A stretch of 58,402 nt of DNA, filler included, from Jimgerdemannia flammicorona (Eukaryota): NCBI GenBank assembly GCA_003990765.1. It is 3 parts of 3 records of this genome, joined end to end, with 100 filler letters (N's around TTAATTAATTAA, not from the genome) between each part and the next. Parts side by side here need not be neighbours in the genome. Positions count along the whole stretch, not along the records: positions 19,505 to 38,904 come from RBNJ01001949.1; positions 39,005 to 58,402 come from RBNJ01001950.1; 1 more part is not named here. One strand, written 5' to 3'. The translations under genes were made by a program, and so were the position numbers. Shown piece by piece: positions 25,048 to 39,245 of the stretch. Below the pieces are notes generated by a model. It saw only the letters and a program-made list of their open reading frames with translations. It made no database searches and was not told the DNA's origin. Each line of letters starts with the position of its first letter. The first letter of the stretch is position 1.

Positions 25048-25620
25048 GACACCTACTACCTAACCATGCTGCACCAATCAAAAGGCCCCACCAAAGCAGC
25101 ACCTGCCCCAGCCCTGATGACTACCCCTAGCCTGATACCCTACTAGTTTACTATTATCACTCTTTCTCCTATCTGTGATGGCTATCTCCTCTCCCATCCT
25201 AACAATACCCGAAAAACAGTCACCTATACCAGAACCATGCTCACTGGGAAGCTCATCAAAGCCAGAGGGCCCCACCACAGGTACTGAGAACCTATAGATA
25301 ACCTACACTGAGCACTTGATGCCCAAGGTCGGCCAACTCTTTATATAGTTCAAGATATATCAAAACAGCACCTTATTGGTAATAGCAAAAGGAAGAAGGT
25401 GTCACACCAAAACAGATGCACCCCAGATGTAGCTGAAGGCACCAGAAACTGCGAAAAAGTGGAGAAGACACTGATCTGACACCAATAAAGAGGCAACTTA
25501 TCATCATTGTCTCTCTTCTACTACTCTACAATAGGTACAGTAAACCAACCTGAGGTAGAGGGGGTAATAATTGTGGAAAGTGGACTCAGAAGGTTGCCTA
25601 CCAAACCATTGTGACTGGTA
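25048..25620 (-). mobile_element. Probable 5' remnant of a Tx1/L1-like LINE, interrupted by the family A LTR
   Basis: G-rich, CpG-poor minus strand with a GAFDW motif also found near the N-terminus of LINE ORF1 at ~52737. Confidence 0.4.
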
Positions 25621-25961
25621 AGGTAGCAGAGAAAGGGGCATTGGTGATATCATCATTGTGATGTTGGAGTATAATTTATTACAGATAGTATAAGTCTGAA
25701 TATATATCTTATAGTAATAGTTTAAAACTTATAACTTTTATTAAGATATAGAATATAAATAAAACTAAAAGTAGTACTTTATTTATAATATAAGTTATAT
25801 ACTTTATACATTACGATTAATACGAATATAATGATATAGGTAATTTAAAATGTTATATAATCACGTAGAGCTCTTCTGAATTTGGACGCGTCGATTTTGG
25901 AGCACGTGCCCATACAACATTTTATCAGCCTCCCAATCGTAATTATTTGCTCCTCACCAAA

Positions 25962-28384
25962 ATGGCTCAACCTATAACAGAATTCGTGCGCGAGATAGCT
26001 CGAGCATTTGACCAGAAAAACGCCAACCGCATGATCCAGATTACTGTGTTCGATGCCTCCAGCGGCTCCGTCCAGTCTTTGAGGCAGTCATTGGAGAAGT
26101 CGGTCGGAACCAATCAGGTATGTAGTGGGACTTCAACACATGACTCATTGAATACAATACTCCTTTCGCTGATCATCAAGCCAAACCTTAACCCCTCAGC
26201 ACCCGACCACTGCCGCGTTCGCGACACCTCTCGAAGCGAAGTCAAACGCCCTCGCCGCGTTCGTGGCATCGTACCTGACGTTCCTGACGCTTTACAATGA
26301 CAACTTGAAGAGGATTTGCAAAGCCTTCCAAGAAATGTTCACGTATGTGCATCGATATGTTATGGTTGTGGAAGGACACCTAATTGGTGGTCTTCATGTA
26401 AAATATATTTGAAACCCCTGTATAATTGTGTCGTTAGACAATATTAATGCCGACAATGGTCAAGCCTCTTTCGTCCTGACGGAAATCTTAGTCTCATCAC
26501 TCCACCATTTCTGTATACATCAATATCACTAATAGCCTTTTTGCCACCGTCTTTGGTAACACCGAAGGCCCGTGGATGATCCCCTATTTGAAATATATGG
26601 TGTCGCAGTTCACACAAGTGAACCTTCGGGTTGGTTATGAAACGTCTGTTCTCTTGTTGTGGACTTGAATTGCTACTCCGTGACCATCTGATTTTTCCGC
26701 CCTCCTTCCCTATTCTATGATTCAACGCACTATTATCATCCTTTTCTTGAAAGCTTGAGGCAATGTTACCGCGTGGGACCAAAATGGTTGAGTGGGATGA
26801 AATGACGCGCGGCCTGGGCCGTGTTTTCAACATGATGATCAGCGATCGGAACCCCATGCCGAATTCCAAGAGGCAGGGCGTACTTTATATCACAAACCTC
26901 ACGTTAAAGATCTATTTCAAGGTAATTGGCAAATGTAATCTGCACATTAGGTTTATGAATTCCAAGGACTACCTAGCCTAGATCTTCAAACCCTTTTTGA
27001 TACGTTGGTTGTGATCTTCTCGTGTAACTCTGTTTCGTGGTTATCTACTTCTCGACCCCAACCCTGCGGCTGTTGATTCTCTGTTTTCCTAGATACAACA
27101 AGTGCGCCTGTGCAACACCTTGATCAACGGAATCGACCAGGGCAGAGTTGATATGAACGATTACCCTGTAGGGCAGCAGGTCACATACCGGTACTACGTC
27201 GGCCGATATTACCTGTACCAACATCAGCTGAGGAAGGTCTGTATTATCTTCAAAGTGTTCTTCCCAATGTGATGTGGTTACTTAGAAGTAATTCTACGAG
27301 TTGTGATTTGTCAACATTCTCGAGAAGGATTTCCCCCCGTCCTATAGCTGACTCCCATGTTTTTATTTCGACTTCTTTCGTCATTGGACGCAATCATTAC
27401 ATGCGATAACATCTCTTTCAGGCCGAGAAGGAGCTCGAATTTGCATTTCGGCGTTGTACAAGACATCACTACAAGAACAAAAGGTGAGTCGTCTTTTCTT
27501 TCGTACCCCTCGTTTAGTATTTCATTATCCACTACTCTCTTTTCTTGGTTCCACCACTCGCTCAAAATTTGCTCATCCTTCTTCCCAGACACATCCTTAT
27601 CCACCTTCTCACCGCTAAGCTTATTCTCGGTTACCGCCCCACATCCCAACTACTGGAACGATATAAGCTTGTGGACCTGTTCGGGCCACTCATCCAGGCC
27701 ATGCTGAGCGGTAATGTGGCGCAGTACGTTACCGCGCTGGACGCCCACATGGAGTGGTTTCTGCGCATGAAGAGCTACTTGCTGCTCAAAGAGCGCGGGA
27801 AAGTTATCGTCTGGCGAAATTTATTCCGCAAGGTGTAAGTCGCCATTTTTTTTTTTTTTTTTCTCCCGACGTGGTGAGTGTGGTGGAGTTGGATGCCGTG
27901 ATGTGCGATCAATGTGTGTACTAGTTTGGGTTTGAAAAGTATGAACATCGAAAATGGTGTCCTAGCCAGATATAACTTCGACAAGTAACCCAGGACTCGC
28001 GATCCATTTAACACAGGTACCTCATCACACGTGAGCCAAACCGAAACAAAATACGCATGGAAAACTGCCTTATAGCGTTGCGTATATCCACCCAAGATCC
28101 ATCGTATGATGAAATGGATACGGAGGCGTTGCTGGTAACCCTATTGGATCAAGTTAGTTTGGCATTCGACAAATTTGCTACTGGTTCTTACAGTTTTCTT
28201 TTCATGAAAACACGAACTTAAGCGATCGTCGTTGCTTGTTTTTCAGGGATACATGAAGGGCTACCTTCACCATTATCAAAGTATCGCCGTGATGAGTAAC
28301 CAGAGGCCCTTTCCGCCCGTTGCATCAGTGCATGTCACCACGGAAGTGTACGATGAAAGTCAGAACCAACGTGACGGCACTTGA
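25962..28384 (+). CDS. PCI-domain protein of the PCID2/Thp1/Csn12 family (multi-exon)
   Basis: Spliced translation gives SDRNPMPNSKRQGVLYITNLTLKIYFK, QVTYRYYVGRY, AF..C..HHYKNKR, VWRNLFRKV and L.DQGYMKGYLHH...PFP; GT-AG introns; ATG 25962, TGA 28382-28384. Confidence 0.9.
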
Positions 28385-28750
28385 GGTGGTCGTGAATTTG
28401 ACGGAAGATTTTTATGAGGTGAGAACATGGCCAACACCGACCGCGGTGAAATCCTTCGCGCTGATGGCGCTAACGGAATCTTCAGATGAATGGACGCTAA
28501 GCAAATTACACTTGTCATACCAATTCAAAGTTTACGGTGCGAGAATTTTTGGGCTCAGATCTGCATGTAAATAGCGCTACTTTCAATGTTTCCATGTCAT
28601 AATGTTTCAGCAATCGCGAATCCGGAGGAAATTCACTGAGAGCGTATATACGCGGCTTTTATTGGTACATACGCGTTGGAGATGTGGACGTATCAATTAT
28701 ATGCACAATGCTCTGAGGTGCGCTGGCGCTGGTCGAAAATTATGAATGTT

Positions 28751-30031
28751 CTACTTGCGATCCTCCTGCAAAATAAACATGCACGAGTATGAAGAGGGAA
28801 GAAAACAATGCGAAAACAATATTGCAGTAACCATTACTTCCGAAAATGGTATAAATGTGAACTTACCACCATGATGATGTGATAACCGTGAGTTGTTTTC
28901 ACCTATCCCCATATCAAATATATGCGATGTAATATATGAGATGTATGTGAACACAAAAGCATGTATTTAAAACTAAGGGGCCTTCGAAAAAAAAAAAAAA
29001 AAAAAAAATTCCCGCCTTAAGCGTTTCAATCAGACTTACCGGCGGATTCGTATATATCGGTTTATCTAAAAGGTTCGTTGTCGTTTTAAACTGAATAACA
29101 ATAGTAGCATCTAGATGGTATCACTAATACAAGCCCCGTTGATAGGAAGTACTCACCCGTCGAGCTTGGCGTTAGCGCAAACGCTGCCTCTTGGAATGGT
29201 CCCACCATCGAGCCACGAACCATCCAACCCAAAGAACCTGTCGGGTAGAACACGAGAGTCAATCAATGGATTCCGCAAATTGGGAGCTTCAATTACTGTT
29301 GGCAGATGGATTACCCCCGGTTTTCGCCTTGTCTTCACTATATGTCTCCGCAACCTGTCGATGGAGAAAATTGGAGTATGAATCAATAATTGGCGTTTGA
29401 CATATGTGCAATAATCAACGACAGCTGTTGCGAGAGAAAATCTTAGGGAATAATAGCACATACCTGGTTAAACTTCGTGCCCTCCTGTAACTTTCCCATG
29501 GCCTCCAATACCTACAGCGTCACGAAATCACATTTAAATGAGCCGAGTTACACTTTATGGCCTCATCGCTCACGGAATATGGGATGTGCGTGAGAAAACT
29601 TTTGATGTGAATACCTTGGTATAACTCTCGCATAGAATATGGCGAACCTTTAAATAGAATGGAAAAACGGAAAAACAGTTAAAGCCACCATTACGAGTTG
29701 GATCGGCATCTGGCGAAATGGAATGCCTGTACCTTGACACTGTTGGCGGCTTTTAGTTTGCCCTTCCCACTAGGCTCATCTGCAATAAAAAAAGAAAAAA
29801 TGGTCATTGTATGAGCATAAAATTTTGTCATCTAAATCAATAGCTCGTACTCGGACACATACCGTCGTCGCTGTCGCCACCCCCACCCTTCTTGGCCGGA
29901 GGTTTGCCACCGGCAGCAGGTTTTCCCGGCTGCTTGCCACTAGGCTTTCCACTAGGCTTGGCACCACCTTTGCTCTTCCCGGTGTCGCCTCCTTTATTTT
30001 TCGCGGTTGTGGTTGGTTTCTTGGGTGGCAT
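28751..30031 (-). CDS. PIN4: Parvulin-type peptidyl-prolyl isomerase Par14/Pin4 (multi-exon)
   Basis: Lys/Gly-rich N-terminus, then exons [59 protein letters not shown]. Confidence 0.95.
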
Positions 30032-30254
30032 GTGGGTTTTGGGGTTTTTGTGCCAGCTTCGCCGGTATGTTTCAATGTGACTTGTTCACGTGATGGAGAT
30101 GGTGGCTTGGACGGGCGAGCGAGACAACCATCGATTGTCATACTCCATGCTATATACTAGAACTATTGTAACTCGTCCAAGTGTCACCATCCACTCGCCA
30201 TCACCCACTCCACGAAGCCAACAGAGCATTCGGCCAGGTGCGGCACAGTATCCA

Positions 30255-30312
30255 CCTTGAATAATAGCTTTGAATAATAGCCTTGAATAATAGCCTTGAA
30301 TAATAGCCTTGG
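30255..30312. repeat. 13-bp tandem repeat (CCTTGAATAATAG) x4 plus a partial copy
   Basis: Directly visible; lies in the ~600-bp divergent intergenic region between PIN4 and the BEACH gene. Confidence 0.9.
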
Positions 30313-30635
30313 ATAGTCCAAATGCGGGTGGTTGTGACGTTGCAGTTTCGGACTTACCTAATTTCAAACTGTCAGGTTGTTTGAAGCCCAACCCAACACC
30401 GACCACGCGTGTCTTGCCCCCCCCCCCCAAACACTCTCGCCACTCCACAAGATTAAAACCACGACGCGTGACAACCGAAAAGGCACACAAGCCACACACA
30501 ACAACTACACTTTTGTCGCTTAGCTACCTCGCCACCCGCGTTAGCTCATCCCCACTCCACACGTACAACCACACCACCGCAACCAAGCAAACATACCGCA
30601 TCGCCCTCGAGTGAAAACGACCCCATCAGCAGACC

Positions 30636-33600
30636 ATGTGGAAATCCTGGGTCGGTCGGCTGAAAACCCAGCAAGATGACGAGGATCTCGCGGGGATCCA
30701 GTCTATGCATGAGGCGTCCGAGCCGTCCTCGCCCGTTATGAGCGTTGAGGCGATTGCAAGGTAAGGGCATTACAACCAGGGCTTCGTTGGTACAAATTGG
30801 GCTTTTTTTTTATATTTATTTTTGCGACGGCCTTACGTCACGCGCGGGGTACGCTGGGCGGGGGGTCAGTCCCCTGGACGTCACTCGGGTACTACTGCTG
30901 GACTCTCTCTCTCACAATCGGATTTCTCGTTTCGGTTTCGCTCTCTCACTCTCGCTTTCGTTTATGGCGGACTTGGAGGACAGGCGGCAACAAGAGCAGG
31001 CCGCGTTAAAGCAGCTGTTCAAACAATCGATAGATCCGCTGCGGGATGAGAAGGTAGGTATCAGGTTGGACGCACCATCTTTGATATACATGCATTCATT
31101 TCGTCTTATCCTTCCCACCCCGAAAATATAATCTCGGGTACCCAGGAACGAACGCAAATCTTCCTCGTGCAAGTTCTACCAAAATTCTGCGACCTGTACG
31201 GCAACACGCTGGTTCTTAGCGCCAAGGAGGTGTCGGAAAGGTTCGTCTTTGATCGCTTAGTCTTGTCGCACTTGATTTCCATTGAGAAAGATTGTCGATG
31301 ATCTAAGCGCGGAAATTCTTTCTGAACCTCAATCCCGTCATTCATCAGCGTCGCCGACTTTCGCGCCTTGACAATTATGGTGACCAAGCAATTCATCTAT
31401 GGCATACGGAAGGTACCTGAAACGCAGAATAAGGCGCAGGCCAGCAAGGGTATGTTTTTTTTTTTTTTTTTTTGTTTTTTGCTAGCGAGAGGATGACATT
31501 TCGTTGATGTGTTGCCAACAATCCATAACTATCTTAGAAATCATGCGGATGCTCCGCTCAAAATCACAAATGTATTATACCCTGAGAATGATCGATATGA
31601 TATGCCGCGGACCGGTAAATACCCATCATTGTCACTACACATTCTCGCTTATCGCGCGCAATCATTCCTCAAATAGTATAGTTTGATTCGTTCATCCCCC
31701 CCTCCCCCCTCCTGCCAGGAATCCGTCCTAAACCTCATAATTCACCAGAAAGTCCCCTCGGTCCTCGTCAAACTCTTCCGCTCTTTCATTGATCTACCCC
31801 CCTCCGAGTACGACCCCGCGATCCCGCAGCTCGTTGACGTGTCCGTCCCCGATGAGAACGCCCCACCGCCGGAGGAGCTTGTCTCCGTCAAGGAGGTCGG
31901 CGATGTTGTCGCGGGAATCCTCAAGAAGTTTGTGCAGAAGCAGCTCATACTAAGAAGGCTCGTCGTTGAAGACACATTTTTCATGATTATCAGGATTATG
32001 CTCGCTAGACCCACTAGCGTTGAGGGGGAAGGGGAGAAAGAAGGCGAGTTGAGGTATTTGGTTTGGAAGCAGAGGTGAGAACGGATGTTTGTTTTCTCGT
32101 ATCATGTTGGTTCCCGAATTGGAGAATTAGCGGTTTTTTTTTTTTCAACAAAGACGTCGCTTACATCGCTTTCCCCACACACACCACTTCCTCGCAGAAC
32201 CTACGAGGTCCTCACCGCCCTAGAGATGGATGCCGAGGTCGTCAATTATTTACATTCAAAGAATGCGATGAATATCCTCGTGCAGCCATGGAAGGAAGCC
32301 CTCGGTAGAGCGCCGCTCAACAAGCGCGATTATCAGGAGGCCCTACTCACTGCGCAACTCGTGCTGCATTTGTTGAAGGTTGTTTTTTTTTTCTTTCCTA
32401 GAAGGGTATAGAGGGTGGCGAAGAGAGGTGATGGATGTTTTGCTTTTGTGGACGATATTCGGAAGTAGGATTGGAAGAAAATCTGCGTAGATGGTTTGTG
32501 TTACAACTGTTATTTCCGCGTAACGGTAGGGCTCAGCACGGGACTCTCTCTACGCGCTCTTTTACGACTTCAAGGAGGCGAACGGGTATGAATCGCTATC
32601 GTACTTGCTCACCTCGCAGCCTTTCGATGAGGATGCGATCAAGGTGAAGGTACGTGCCGTCGAGTTGTCGTCGCCTTTTTGCGTACGGGGTGGATTCGTC
32701 GTTTGAACCTTGGATTTTGAGGAGGAGGAGTTGCTATGATGTTGATACTTTGCGATTGAGGTTGACTTTCCTCTTACGCTCGGTTCCGCAGGAGGAGCTC
32801 CTGGCCCTCGTGGAGGAGTTGGTGTATTATGGAAAGGACGATCCAAAGCCGGTGGCGTCGGAGGGGACACCATATCAGCATGACGGTATGAGATTTCGGA
32901 GGATTTGGCGAACTTGTGGTGTAGGGGATGGTGGATGATGGAAACGTGCTGACTGTGATTTGGTTTTGATTCGCCATGTAGATTTTCAATTGCCGTCGAT
33001 GAACGGAGAGAAGACGAGTGAGTCCTCGCATTTTTTTTTTTTTTTTTTTTTTTCGACCTGTACAGCCCTTCGAATTCTCCTCTCCCTTCTGCTTTGGATG
33101 CCCCATTCATTCCACCAACCTCCCTCCCAGACACGACGGTCCGCAATCTGGATGCCTTCCAATGCCTCATGGCTTCCTTCCTCTACCCAACCTCGAGCGT
33201 CTATCCACCGCCGCCGGGGTTCTCGCTGTACAACGTCAAGCAGACCCCGCTGGCTTTCCGCACCCGTATCCTCGCTACCGTTGAAGCTGTCATACAGAAA
33301 CATCCCATAAACTACTTCTTGATCGAGAGGGTCAACTCCGTGCCCATGCTAATCGAGAAGCTAGATAGCTATGATGCCGAGATTCAGGTAGGGACGCGTG
33401 TGTGTGATGGGTTGGTTAAGGTTGAACTTGTAAGAGGAAGGAAGGTAGCTGATAGTTCCATGGGGTTGTGGTTTGTAGAAACAAGTCATGATATTGTTGG
33501 TGTACGTCATGACGACGCTGAACTATGTGCCGTTCCGAGAACTGGCGGTGCTTTCATTACATTTCCAAGGTAAGTTCTTGCTCACCTCCTCTCGATGCCA

Positions 33601-36600
33601 TTCCATTTTCCCACGGCCTAACGTTCGATTCTTACACTCTCTCCCCCTGTCGCCCCTCTTTCCCCCTAGGTACGTCGTCCGGCCACACAACAGCCCTGGT
33701 TTGCGAGACAATTACAGTTCTACTGCGGCGCTCGCCCAAATTCAAGGACGTTTTCCGTGAGGTCGGCCTCCTCAACGTCTTCTCCACACTTTTGTGCGAG
33801 CTCGCTGAAACGCTACAGGACGGCGTTGGGAACGTACAGTTTGTAAGGCGCATCTCTGTGTCCAACCTTGATCGCGCGAAGATGGAGAAGAAGAGGTTCG
33901 CGCAGGAAGTGCTCAAAAACTATGATATTATCATTGAATGCCTCGTCGAGCTGATGACGGGGAGTAGGATGAACGCCAATATGTTTAGGAAGTCGTGAGT
34001 GTCGAGGTGGCGGGGCTGGTTTTGTCGGGGATAAGGAATAAGGAAAAAGGACGTTCGTTTATGTTGTGGTTATTTATTATTTATGACTATTGAGAAAACC
34101 AAATTGACCTCATCTCCTTTGACTGTGACAGCTACCGCGGCAACCTCTTCGATTTAATGCATTACGACGAGACGCGCTATGGTGCCCTCAACCTCTTTGA
34201 AACGCTCGTGATTGAGGGCAGCTCGCTCAACGGGCTTCCACGCACCTCAACGAGCAGCATCTCCCCTTCCCGCAATAGCAGTGTCTCGAACCGCTCTTCG
34301 TCACCCGTAGAGAGCGGGTTTCAATTCGGCCGGCTCATTGAAATCGTTCAATCTCTGTCCCGCCAGGATCTGACCATGAAGATACAAATCCTCCGCTCCA
34401 TGAAGCGTATCTTCGTCGCCTGTCCGGAGCTCAAGGACGTGTTTAGGCATACGGGCGGATACGTTTGCCTCGTGTCTATGCTCGTCGGGCTTGAGGGTGT
34501 GTATGAGTCCATCGTGGCCGAGGAGAAGCAGAGGAGGAATAGCCAGAGTACGGAAAAAGAGAGGAAGGAGGAGGTGGAAGCAGAGGAGAAGGAAAAGGTA
34601 GAAATGGAGAAGGGGAAGGAAGCCGAGAAGGCCAAGATGGCAGAGCTGGAGGACGAGCTGTCCAAGGACCAGACGATCGAGTTGCTACGCGCCGTATTTT
34701 CGGTGCTGGCCGAATCTATGAGCAATCACGAATTCAACCGCCGATTCTTCACGGACCACATCGGGTTCCAATCCGTCGAGGACGCGTTAAGGCTCACGGA
34801 CGTGCTGGGCGTGCACGGGTCGCGCGAGTACATCTTTGGCATCCTGTTTGGGTTCGCGATTGGGAATGATGGGATATATGATCTCTTCGTTGAGGGACCT
34901 GAGGATGCTACACAGGAACCGAAGAGCGAAAAGGCGCCCGTCATTGTTACGAACGGGGCGAGGTCGACGGCGGCGTCGAAGGTTATTAAGAGGATTGAGG
35001 TTGTTTTGAAGGATCCGTCAGTCATATTGCATAATCCACAAGCTGTGCTAGCGATATTGAAGCTGCAGGATGTCGTGCGGCATGATCATAATCTGTCGTT
35101 GAACATTTATACAGCTCTCTTGTCGATCGCGTGGGCGAATCGAAGGAATCAGGTGTATCTGAATCAGAACGGTGTATTGATGGCGATCTTGGAGAGATTG
35201 TATCCGAAACGGCTTACGGAAATCGGTTATGAGGTCGATGGGACGGAGGCGGACCGGCCGAACGCAGCAGAGCTAGAGGTGCTGAACAAAATTTCAAAGA
35301 GGATCATGATGATGGGCGTCTCGTCGTGCGAGCTACGGTACCTGTTCGAGTGCTTCCAGGGCGACCACGCGGAGCTGGCGCCCATTGACGACCGGAAAGC
35401 GACAACGCTGATGGACATGCTGTTGTATGGCATCTCGCACAGCCGGTGGCCCAACTTCGTCCAGTTCGACATGGGCCCATACGGGCACTCGTCGCTCGAA
35501 ATGACCACCTTCGGTGCACGCCCGTTTCCGCCCTCAAATAATGGGTACACATTCATGACCTGGTTCCAGGTTGAGAGGTTCGACGAGAACCACAACCTCG
35601 GCCTGCTCGGCGTCCACGACGAAGAGAAGAAGTGCCAACTTAGCGTATTTATTGATGCGCAGACTCGAAGGCTCAATGTACAGACAAACCCAAAGTATCC
35701 TGCCAAGTTCGACGCGTTCGAGTTCCAGTCTGGGTATTGGTACCACCTCGCACTCGTCCATCATAAATCTCGCCTGTCCATCACTGCAAGCACCATCAGC
35801 ATGTACGTTAATGGTTCGTTTGTCGAGCAAGTTCGCTGCGCGTATCTGTCGCAGCCGGCACCCAACAACCGTGTCAAGGCCTTCTTAGGCACGCCACCGG
35901 AGCCGGAGGCCATGGCATCCACACAACCTAGCAACAACCTTGCCTGGGATCTGGGTCCTTGTTACCTGATGGAGGATGTGGTCGATCCCGACGTCATCAA
36001 CCTCCTGTTCAACTTGGGCGCACGCTATAGGTCCCTGTTCCAGGACTCGCTCCGCCAGTTCCAGACGTATGAGACGTCCACCATCCTCTACATGAGCCTC
36101 CGTGCCATCACCAAGGGTTTCGACAAGTCACAGGACGATCACACCACCTTTGTCAACGCCATGCGCGGCACTGGCGGCGCATCGCTACCAGAGGAGAAGA
36201 TCCTGTTCGCCTTCTTTGCCGGAAGCACTCTCACCGAGGGTACCAACTCGGGAATAGCGGCTACAGGTCTGTCGGATTCAGCACTGCACATGCTCGGCCT
36301 CGCTGCGCTCCACGGGAAGATGATCCTTAACGCCGCCGTGCCGAAGATTGAGGCTGCATTGTCGGCACCCGAAGGGACCGCCACGTTGATGGGTGATCCG
36401 GTTGTCGCGTATCCGAGCGGGCTGGATGATTCGATTTGGAAGATTGGAGGGTGCGCCGTCGCGTTGAAGCTGGTGGAGCGGGCCGAGGTGGGCGCGGTGG
36501 GGTGTTGGTTGGACGATGGTGGCGTCTGCGTGGTTTGATTGCTGCGTTGGTTGTTGTATTGTCGTGCTGACGTTTTGTTGTTTCGAATGTCGTTTGCAGA

Positions 36601-38851
36601 CCCCTTTGAGTCTGCACAAGGCTGTGGCCATCTTATTCGAGTTGGTCCGTTACAGCTGGCGGAACTCGGAGGACATGGAGCGGAATCACGGCTATGAGCT
36701 TCTCGCGTACCTCCTGAAACAGAAGCGGAATATGATCACCATCGACTTGCTTAACCTGATGCTCGTTTTCATCGGAAAGGATCCAGAGTTCCCCGAGTTA
36801 GTGCCCCTTCCTCGGTTTCTTTCTTTCTCTCCATGTCTCTCTTTACTTTCATGTTTAGCAATTAATGTATGTCCCGCAGGCAAGGACCATCTAAGCATCT
36901 ATACAAAACGCCTTTCTTCTTCTTCTAGAGAGTCTGTCATCAACAACCCCTTTGCCTATCGCTACTTGCTCATGAACTTTGACATCTGGAAGCGGACCGA
37001 CATCGAGGTGCAGCGCGCGCACTTGGAACAGTTTCTTGTCTTCATTCAATTGAGTAAGAAAAAGGCTTTTAACGTAAAGCGGTTGCTTAAAATGCGTACG
37101 TATATCAGATCTTACCCTATTTTTTTTTTTTTGGCACGTCTGGTTGGTTGGCGATTCGGCTCTAACCACAAGACGGATGTGGTTAAATAGATCTTGTCAA
37201 GAAGATGCTCCTTGCTTTGCGCGTGAATGTACCCCCAAAGGAGTTGATCCCTTCCTTCATCGCCGCTCTCAGGGCTGCGACGCTTGCAAATTGGAGTGTG
37301 GAGACGATCCGAGCGATAGCTACGTTTCTGGCCTCGACCATGGCGAAGCGTAAGTGAATCGGAGATATATTTGAGTTAAATTTTCTACATGGTACAACTC
37401 CGATCAAGTGAGATGCTCAATTTAATTGTTTTATAGCATCGGCCTATCGGAAACATGAATCTAGCCATAGTCGACCTCCCTTGTTTCGCAAGCGAAGTTC
37501 TACTGCAATTCCTCTTCAGACGGAAGACTCCGCCCCAGAAGCCAAGCCAAACGCTGCCGACGTCGTACCCGTCATCGTCACGGATGCAAAGACCACACAG
37601 ACCGAGAATGCTCCTAAGCATGTCGTTTTATGCAACATGGTGATGGAGATGCTCCATGACATACTCTGCGATAAGGCTAACAGCAGCCTCGTGTCCAAAT
37701 TTGCCAACACCATCACCAACAAATGGCCGCTACTTTTCTTTAGCGAAGATTCGAACCCTTACGCCGTTGTGCTCGCCTCCCGCATCCTTGCTCACCTGAT
37801 CGCTTCGCAAGGATCGATGTACATCTCCAAATTCCGCGTCGCATCAGAAGGGTTCATGGTCATGAGGCGGCTCCTGCCGCGCTATTGGTACCTCACGCAG
37901 CTCTACGGGACCTTGCTTGCCATTATGCTCGGGGTCGATATTGTCAATATTCCGCTCGATGCAAATTTCGACCTATTCACGTTGCTGACCATCTACAAGA
38001 AAGAAAATAATAAAAAAGAAAACACATCACAGCAGGGCCTAATCCTACCGGAAATTATGCCGATCATTTTGGCGCTGGTTAAGGAAGCGATCAACGTCGT
38101 GGTTCAACAGAGCGAGATATCCAAGAAACTCGGCGGCGGCGGCGGCGGCGGCGTAACCAATGGGCCACCAGCTCCACGGGAGTCGTTGTCATCGGTCGTG
38201 TCGGTCCCGGTGACGGATATCGACGAACAAAAGAAGCAAAGGAGAAGGTCGAAATCAATGGGTGATGTTGATACTCCTGAGGAGGTTCGAAAGCTCTCGG
38301 CGGAGAATATCGTCGTGGGTAAGCTTTCGGCGGTTGCTTCATCTCGCAAGTTCTAGTATTAATGACCCCTGGATGAGTAATCTAACGCAGACTCGATAAC
38401 GTACGACATTTTACTCTCTCTCCCTTGTAGAGAACATTAAGCAGCGCATCGCCAAAATCGCCCATGTGGAGCAGACTCTGATTCACTTCTTCTCCGACAT
38501 GTACACCCATTCGAGCGATTTCAAAGATATCTGCTGCAAACCCGAGGTGATCGATGTTATCGTCGAAATTCTCTTCCCGATCGTATGCGGTGCCGAAGAG
38601 TTGGCCATCGAGGCCGAGCTTTATTCCAAAGACAGCGTTCTTACTTTTGAATCGGACCTTGTCGATTCTAACGGCACGGAAACCAGCTCGGTGATAGCTG
38701 CAACTATATCCGACGAGCCAGGAAGCTTGGATGAAGGAGAATCGCCCCTTCCGCCGCGGTCGGATAGCCCACTCAGGCGCGGGAATACATTCGTTCTTGT
38801 AACAAAGACTTCTCCGCATTCAATCAAAAAGTTACCGGCTATGGTGAAGAG
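30636..38851 (+). CDS. BEACH-family protein (Bph1/LvsA/ALFY-like), N-terminal portion; multi-exon, truncated by the contig end
   Basis: Helical N-terminus, ConA-like lectin region (GYTFMTWF...WYHLALVH...MYVNG), DUF4704-type LDDSIWKIGG...RNSEDMERNHGYELL...LLMNFDIWK; many GT-AG introns. PH/BEACH/WD40 domains are not in the window. Confidence 0.85.
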
Positions 38852-38904
38852 GTAACATAGTCAAATACTACAATCATGACCTTTTTTTTTTTTTTTTTTT
38901 TTTT

Positions 38905-39004
38905 NNNNNNNNNNNNNNNNNNNNNNNNNNNNNNNNNNNNNNNNNNNNTTAATTAATTAANNNNNNNNNNNNNNNNNNNNNNNNNNNNNNNNNNNNNNNN
39001 NNNN
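38905..39004. other. Artificial contig-join spacer
   Basis: 44 N + TTAATTAATTAA + 44 N. Confidence 0.97.
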
Positions 39005-39210
39005 GGGTTAAAGACGGGTGACGTACGTTTCCAGGTCGGGTTAAAGATGGGTGACGTATAATTCCGGGTCGGGTTAAAGACGGGTGACGTATTATTCCGG
39101 GTCGGGTTAAAGACGGGTGACGTATTATTCCGGGTCGGGTTAAAGACGGGTGACGTATAATTCCGGGTCGGGTTAAAGACGGGTGACGTATAATTCCGGG
39201 TCGGGTTAAA
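39005..39210. repeat. 33-bp tandem array (GGGTTAAAGACGGGTGACGTATAATTCCGGGTC) x6 plus a partial copy
   Basis: Directly visible near-identical units with no unique spacers; truncated by the contig start. Confidence 0.95.
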
Positions 39211-39245
39211 TATGTACACGGGTCGGCTCGGGTTGCGATGCACTA
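39005..39245. mobile_element. Terminus of a young hAT-like DNA transposon with subterminal CGGGT repeats
   Basis: Ends ...GGGTTGCGATGCACTA (TAGTGC- on the other strand, like the other two hAT-type ends) and abuts gypsy integrase mid-domain; CpG intact. Confidence 0.6.

Noticed and set aside
31000..38850. Many short overlapping ORFs as separate genes
   Set aside because: Exons or antisense shadows of the single BEACH-family gene.
39005..39210. CRISPR array or telomere
   Set aside because: Units are contiguous near-identical 33-mers with no unique spacers and no cas genes; GGGTTA occurs once per unit, not as a tandem telomeric tract.
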